Under the pieces are notes generated by a model. That model was not told the DNA's origin. It saw nothing but the letters and a program-made list of their open reading frames with translations, and did not search any database. Source: Trichomonas gallinae (lineage: Eukaryota). From it: DNA of 20,000 nt. A program made the position numbers and the translations under genes. The stretch is from assembly GCA_008369845.1 (NCBI GenBank), contig MRSU01010726.1:47583-67582 (forward strand). Direction: 5' to 3'. Positions 16,947-20,000 of this stretch are shown here, one piece after another; position 1 is the first letter of the stretch, and each line of letters opens with the position of its first letter.

Positions 16947-19568
16947 TTAAACATTGAATCGAACCCCAGCATAAGTTCTTCCTGTCTTAATCCTCCTGTC
17001 TGGAAGCTTAATTTGTTTGTATTGTCTTGCTGTTTCGACTATTTTGATTGTTTGGTTTCCGTCTGAATGGAAAAGTGGCAAACCAAGAGGATGTTTAGGC
17101 AACGAAGGCCTAACAATCCTTGGCCTAGTTGTCAGTGGCACTTTCTGATTTTTAGCTGAATTAGATAATCCGAAATCTTCATCGTCACTTTGGTCGATTT
17201 CATGTATCATGTTCATAACGGCTCCTATATTCAGCGGTGGAACATCTTCAATGTATCTAGGAGCGATATCACAATCTTCTCTCCTCATTGACGGCTCTCT
17301 GACAGTTAATTCCTCAACTTTTATGACGTTGTTCGATGCATCTTCGAACTGTGATATGTCGAACTGAGCAATAAAGTCACACTTTTTCCATGCTGATTGT
17401 CCTTCTGCATCCCACGTGTTATAGAAGCCCAGTTCTCCTATATACATTGGCGGGTTGAGAGCAAACATGCTCACGTGGCCTTCGGACGAAATCATGAGTT
17501 TGTCGTCTTTGACGAAACAAATCGAGTCAACAGTACGAGAATGAGCCCTAAAGAAGGCGACCTCTTCAATATCCTCGTTTATACTAAACACTTTAACGTA
17601 GCCTGAATCATTAGAAACAGCGTAGAGGCCGTTGCGAGAAGAAATGCATGTTATTGAGTTCTTTATCTTCATTTTGAAGCCACTGAACGAGAAAACTGGT
17701 GTGTTTTGGTTGACCGACATAACGTAAATGTTTCCATCTTCTCCACCGATCAAAAAATTATCTTCGCTTGAATTTATGTCGCAGAGACAAGTTGCTGTCG
17801 TAGGAATGGAGAATGTCAACTTCTGGAGCGTATCATTGAATTCCCACATGAAAATTTGATTGTCTTCGTGGAAAGAAATATAATTTCTCTCTTTGATGAC
17901 GAAAATCTTCTTGAATGGAGATTTTACGCGTTGATAGTTGCGTACATACATATATTGGCCGTTTGCTTGATCTTCGTAAAGCAGCATTTGAGAATTTTCA
18001 ACAATCAACAGTCTTGGCTTCCCATCGACTCTGCAATGTATTGCATGAGTTGTTGGGTTATCACTGAATCCAAGGGAGCAGTTAGAAATGTGGTGTCCGG
18101 TTACAGCATTTATTGTAATAAATCTATCATCTGCCATAGCTAGACATAGACGTGTGTGCGTTTCATCTATTGTCCAGCAGAGTACTTCTGAGCCATAAGT
18201 GATGTTCTGGCGATGATCTACGTTTCCAATGAAATAATTCCAGAAAATGCATTCAGCTTTGTTGCTGATTGTTAATAGATGGTTTGGAGAATGATGTCCT
18301 GCGTATGTTATTCCTACTAATGGCTCGTCAAATATCTTATCTGTGTGTACTGTTAAATTAATTCGCCATTTTGATAAGAAATTGCCAACTAAGTAGATGC
18401 ATGAAGACAGAACAATGCCTGATGATGTATTTTTGCACTGTTTTCCATATAACCAGTTTCCAATAGAAACAAATTCAGGAAGTTTCCAAGACATGTAGAA
18501 ATTCTCTGTATTTGTAGCAATGAGAAGGGATTTGCGCTTAGAAAGAGAAACAACAAACAAATTGACCAGTTTTGTTTGTTCGAGATCCTTAATTTTGAAA
18601 ACTGATGTTTGAGTTCTCCAATAGCCAAAATAATGATCATCTGTAGCAAAGAAAACATTTCTTGACACGCCATCATATACAATATTTGTAATTGAGTAGT
18701 TAACGTTAATTTTATATAAAATCGATTCATTTGTAAACATTACGAGATATTTATCATATGATGATGATAAATAGCAGTTTTCATCATCAATCCACAGGAT
18801 TTTGCTCACTTTTTGACCATGATGTGTAAAACTTGAATTTAATTTCGCTGTAACTGTGTTATTTTTCTTGTTTATTTTGATAGATTCGATATGACCATCT
18901 TCAAAGCCTATTAAAAGGTTTTCGTCACGATCTATATACGAAGAGCTTGGAATATTTGCCAACAAAATTTCATTTGGTAATATCACATTTGTAGTAAACT
19001 CATATGTATTTGCGTCAATAAAGCATATCTCTGGTGATGATTTTATCACTGCAAGTTGATTAAAACTCGGAATAAATTGCATTGCTAAAAAATTCTCGCC
19101 ATTTATGACTTGAATTACACTACAATCGTTCAAATCCCAGAAAACAATCTGATTTTTGGACATTGTAACTATTTCATTCTTTTTTTGAAGATAAATTGTC
19201 TGAAAAGGCGGATTTATGCCTTTTTCTAGTATAGGAGATGGATCTTCAGGAGCTTCATAATCGATACCTAAGTGTTTTGTCGTGTTTCCTGGGAATGAAT
19301 TAATTTTTGAATTCATGAAAAGGATCAACTCATCCCAAGTGATGAAACCATTGTTATTTTCGTCCATTTTCTCGTAAAACATGTTCATTTCTGTGTCAGT
19401 GACTTCACGTTGCTCAATGAGATAACGAAATCTTGATTTCATCCATTGCTCGTAGTTCATTTGGAGCTTCTCATTGCCACCAGATGCCTCCATGAACGCA
19501 AATCTGATCTGATCTATCCAGCGGCGACCTGAAACTTCCGTTCTTCCAAAGTTGCCGCCTTCTTCCAT
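16947..19568 (-). CDS. EF-hand + WD40-repeat protein (WDR49/EFCAB8/WDR64-like architecture)
   Basis: 873-aa ORF. N-terminal EF-hand loop DENNNGFITWDEL; beta-propeller/WD-like repeats (IVFWDL, YLSSSYDK, LIGGEDGNIYV, VSNDSGYVKVF, FFRAHSRTVDSI, YIGELG...W); disordered C-terminal tail. Confidence 0.8.
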   Translation of the reverse strand: MEEGGNFGRTEVSGRRWIDQIRFAFMEASGGNEKLQMNYEQWMKSRFRYLIEQREVTDTEMNMFYEKMDENNNGFITWDELILFMNSKINSFPGNTTKHLGIDYEAPEDPSPILEKGINPPFQTIYLQKKNEIVTMSKNQIVFWDLNDCSVIQVINGENFLAMQFIPSFNQLAVIKSSPEICFIDANTYEFTTNVILPNEILLANIPSSSYIDRDENLLIGFEDGHIESIKINKKNNTVTAKLNSSFTHHGQKVSKILWIDDENCYLSSSYDKYLVMFTNESILYKINVNYSITNIVYDGVSRNVFFATDDHYFGYWRTQTSVFKIKDLEQTKLVNLFVVSLSKRKSLLIATNTENFYMSWKLPEFVSIGNWLYGKQCKNTSSGIVLSSCIYLVGNFLSKWRINLTVHTDKIFDEPLVGITYAGHHSPNHLLTISNKAECIFWNYFIGNVDHRQNITYGSEVLCWTIDETHTRLCLAMADDRFITINAVTGHHISNCSLGFSDNPTTHAIHCRVDGKPRLLIVENSQMLLYEDQANGQYMYVRNYQRVKSPFKKIFVIKERNYISFHEDNQIFMWEFNDTLQKLTFSIPTTATCLCDINSSEDNFLIGGEDGNIYVMSVNQNTPVFSFSGFKMKIKNSITCISSRNGLYAVSNDSGYVKVFSINEDIEEVAFFRAHSRTVDSICFVKDDKLMISSEGHVSMFALNPPMYIGELGFYNTWDAEGQSAWKKCDFIAQFDISQFEDASNNVIKVEELTVREPSMRREDCDIAPRYIEDVPPLNIGAVMNMIHEIDQSDDEDFGLSNSAKNQKVPLTTRPRIVRPSLPKHPLGLPLFHSDGNQTIKIVETARQYKQIKLPDRRIKTGRTYAGVRFNV

Positions 19569-19662
19569 TTTTTTACAGAATTTTTAGCAACGAAAAAATT
19601 TTATTTGCGCAAATCTGCTGATAACACGCTAAATGATATAATTAACAAATATTTGTATTTTT

Positions 19663-19802
19663 AAGAAAATTTTGACATATGTCAGATTATAATGTAAACA
19701 TTAAAATGCCAAATTTCATTGAAATATTTCAGAATAAATTTGACAAATGTCAGATTGTCATGAATGAATATTGTAAACGTCAAAATGTCAAAATTTCGAA
19801 AT
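19663..19802. repeat. Degenerate ~70-bp duplication with TGACA-N2-TGTCA palindromes upstream of the EF-hand/WD40 gene
   Basis: TTTGACATATGTCAGATT at 19671 and TTTGACAAATGTCAGATT at 19739, each followed by TGTAAAC....AAAATG.CAAA. Confidence 0.65.
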
Positions 19803-20000
19803 CCATGTTATGATATCAGACTAATCATGTGCAAATTTCAGCATAAAATCGCGCAAATAGATAGAATTTATGTTGTAACTTCTTTATATTTGCGAATGGC
19901 TATGACATTATTATGATCCCAAAATTATTACTGTTGCTCATTTTTTCGATGTCAGACAGCTTTTTCGATACGTATTCAATTTTTTTGGTCGTTTTTATTT

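Noticed and set aside
1147..18730. Antisense or alternate-frame ORFs overlapping real genes (1147..1335, 1230..1571, 2527..2775, 7008..7343, 7018..7272, 7291..7473, 8055..8246, 10117..10347, 12125..12433, 16334..16537, 17397..17606, 17856..18143, 18389..18730)
   Set aside because: Shadow ORFs of well-supported CDSs, with no independent domain signal.

Overview
AT-rich, gene-dense eukaryotic DNA with apparently intronless genes. It is most consistent with a trichomonad/parabasalid protist, based on TCA(T/C)T initiator motifs just upstream of ATGs, a DUF3447-ankyrin locus and short Myb and bromodomain genes; the species cannot be determined. Genes in order: a Ste24/M48-like membrane protein with a degenerate active site, a PQ-loop transporter, a broken DUF3447/ankyrin locus, a START-domain protein, a hypothetical protein, a bromodomain(+ET-like) protein, a SEC11-type signal peptidase, a long coiled-coil protein, an R2R3 Myb, a small single-TM ORF, a MYCBP/FAP174 homologue and an EF-hand/WD40 protein. 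The most unusual structure is at ~3.5-5.7 kb. Individual ankyrin repeats there are separated by arrays of a 37-bp minisatellite placed at the same codon position of the ankyrin linker. Removing the last three arrays at one common position rebuilds a stop-free 33/33/34-aa ankyrin chain with a C-terminal cap, yet the intervening sequences have no GT-AG ends. This is a candidate for non-canonical intervening sequences, or a repeat-invaded pseudogene. Several promoter-associated tandem repeats and TGACA/TGTCA motifs are also noted.
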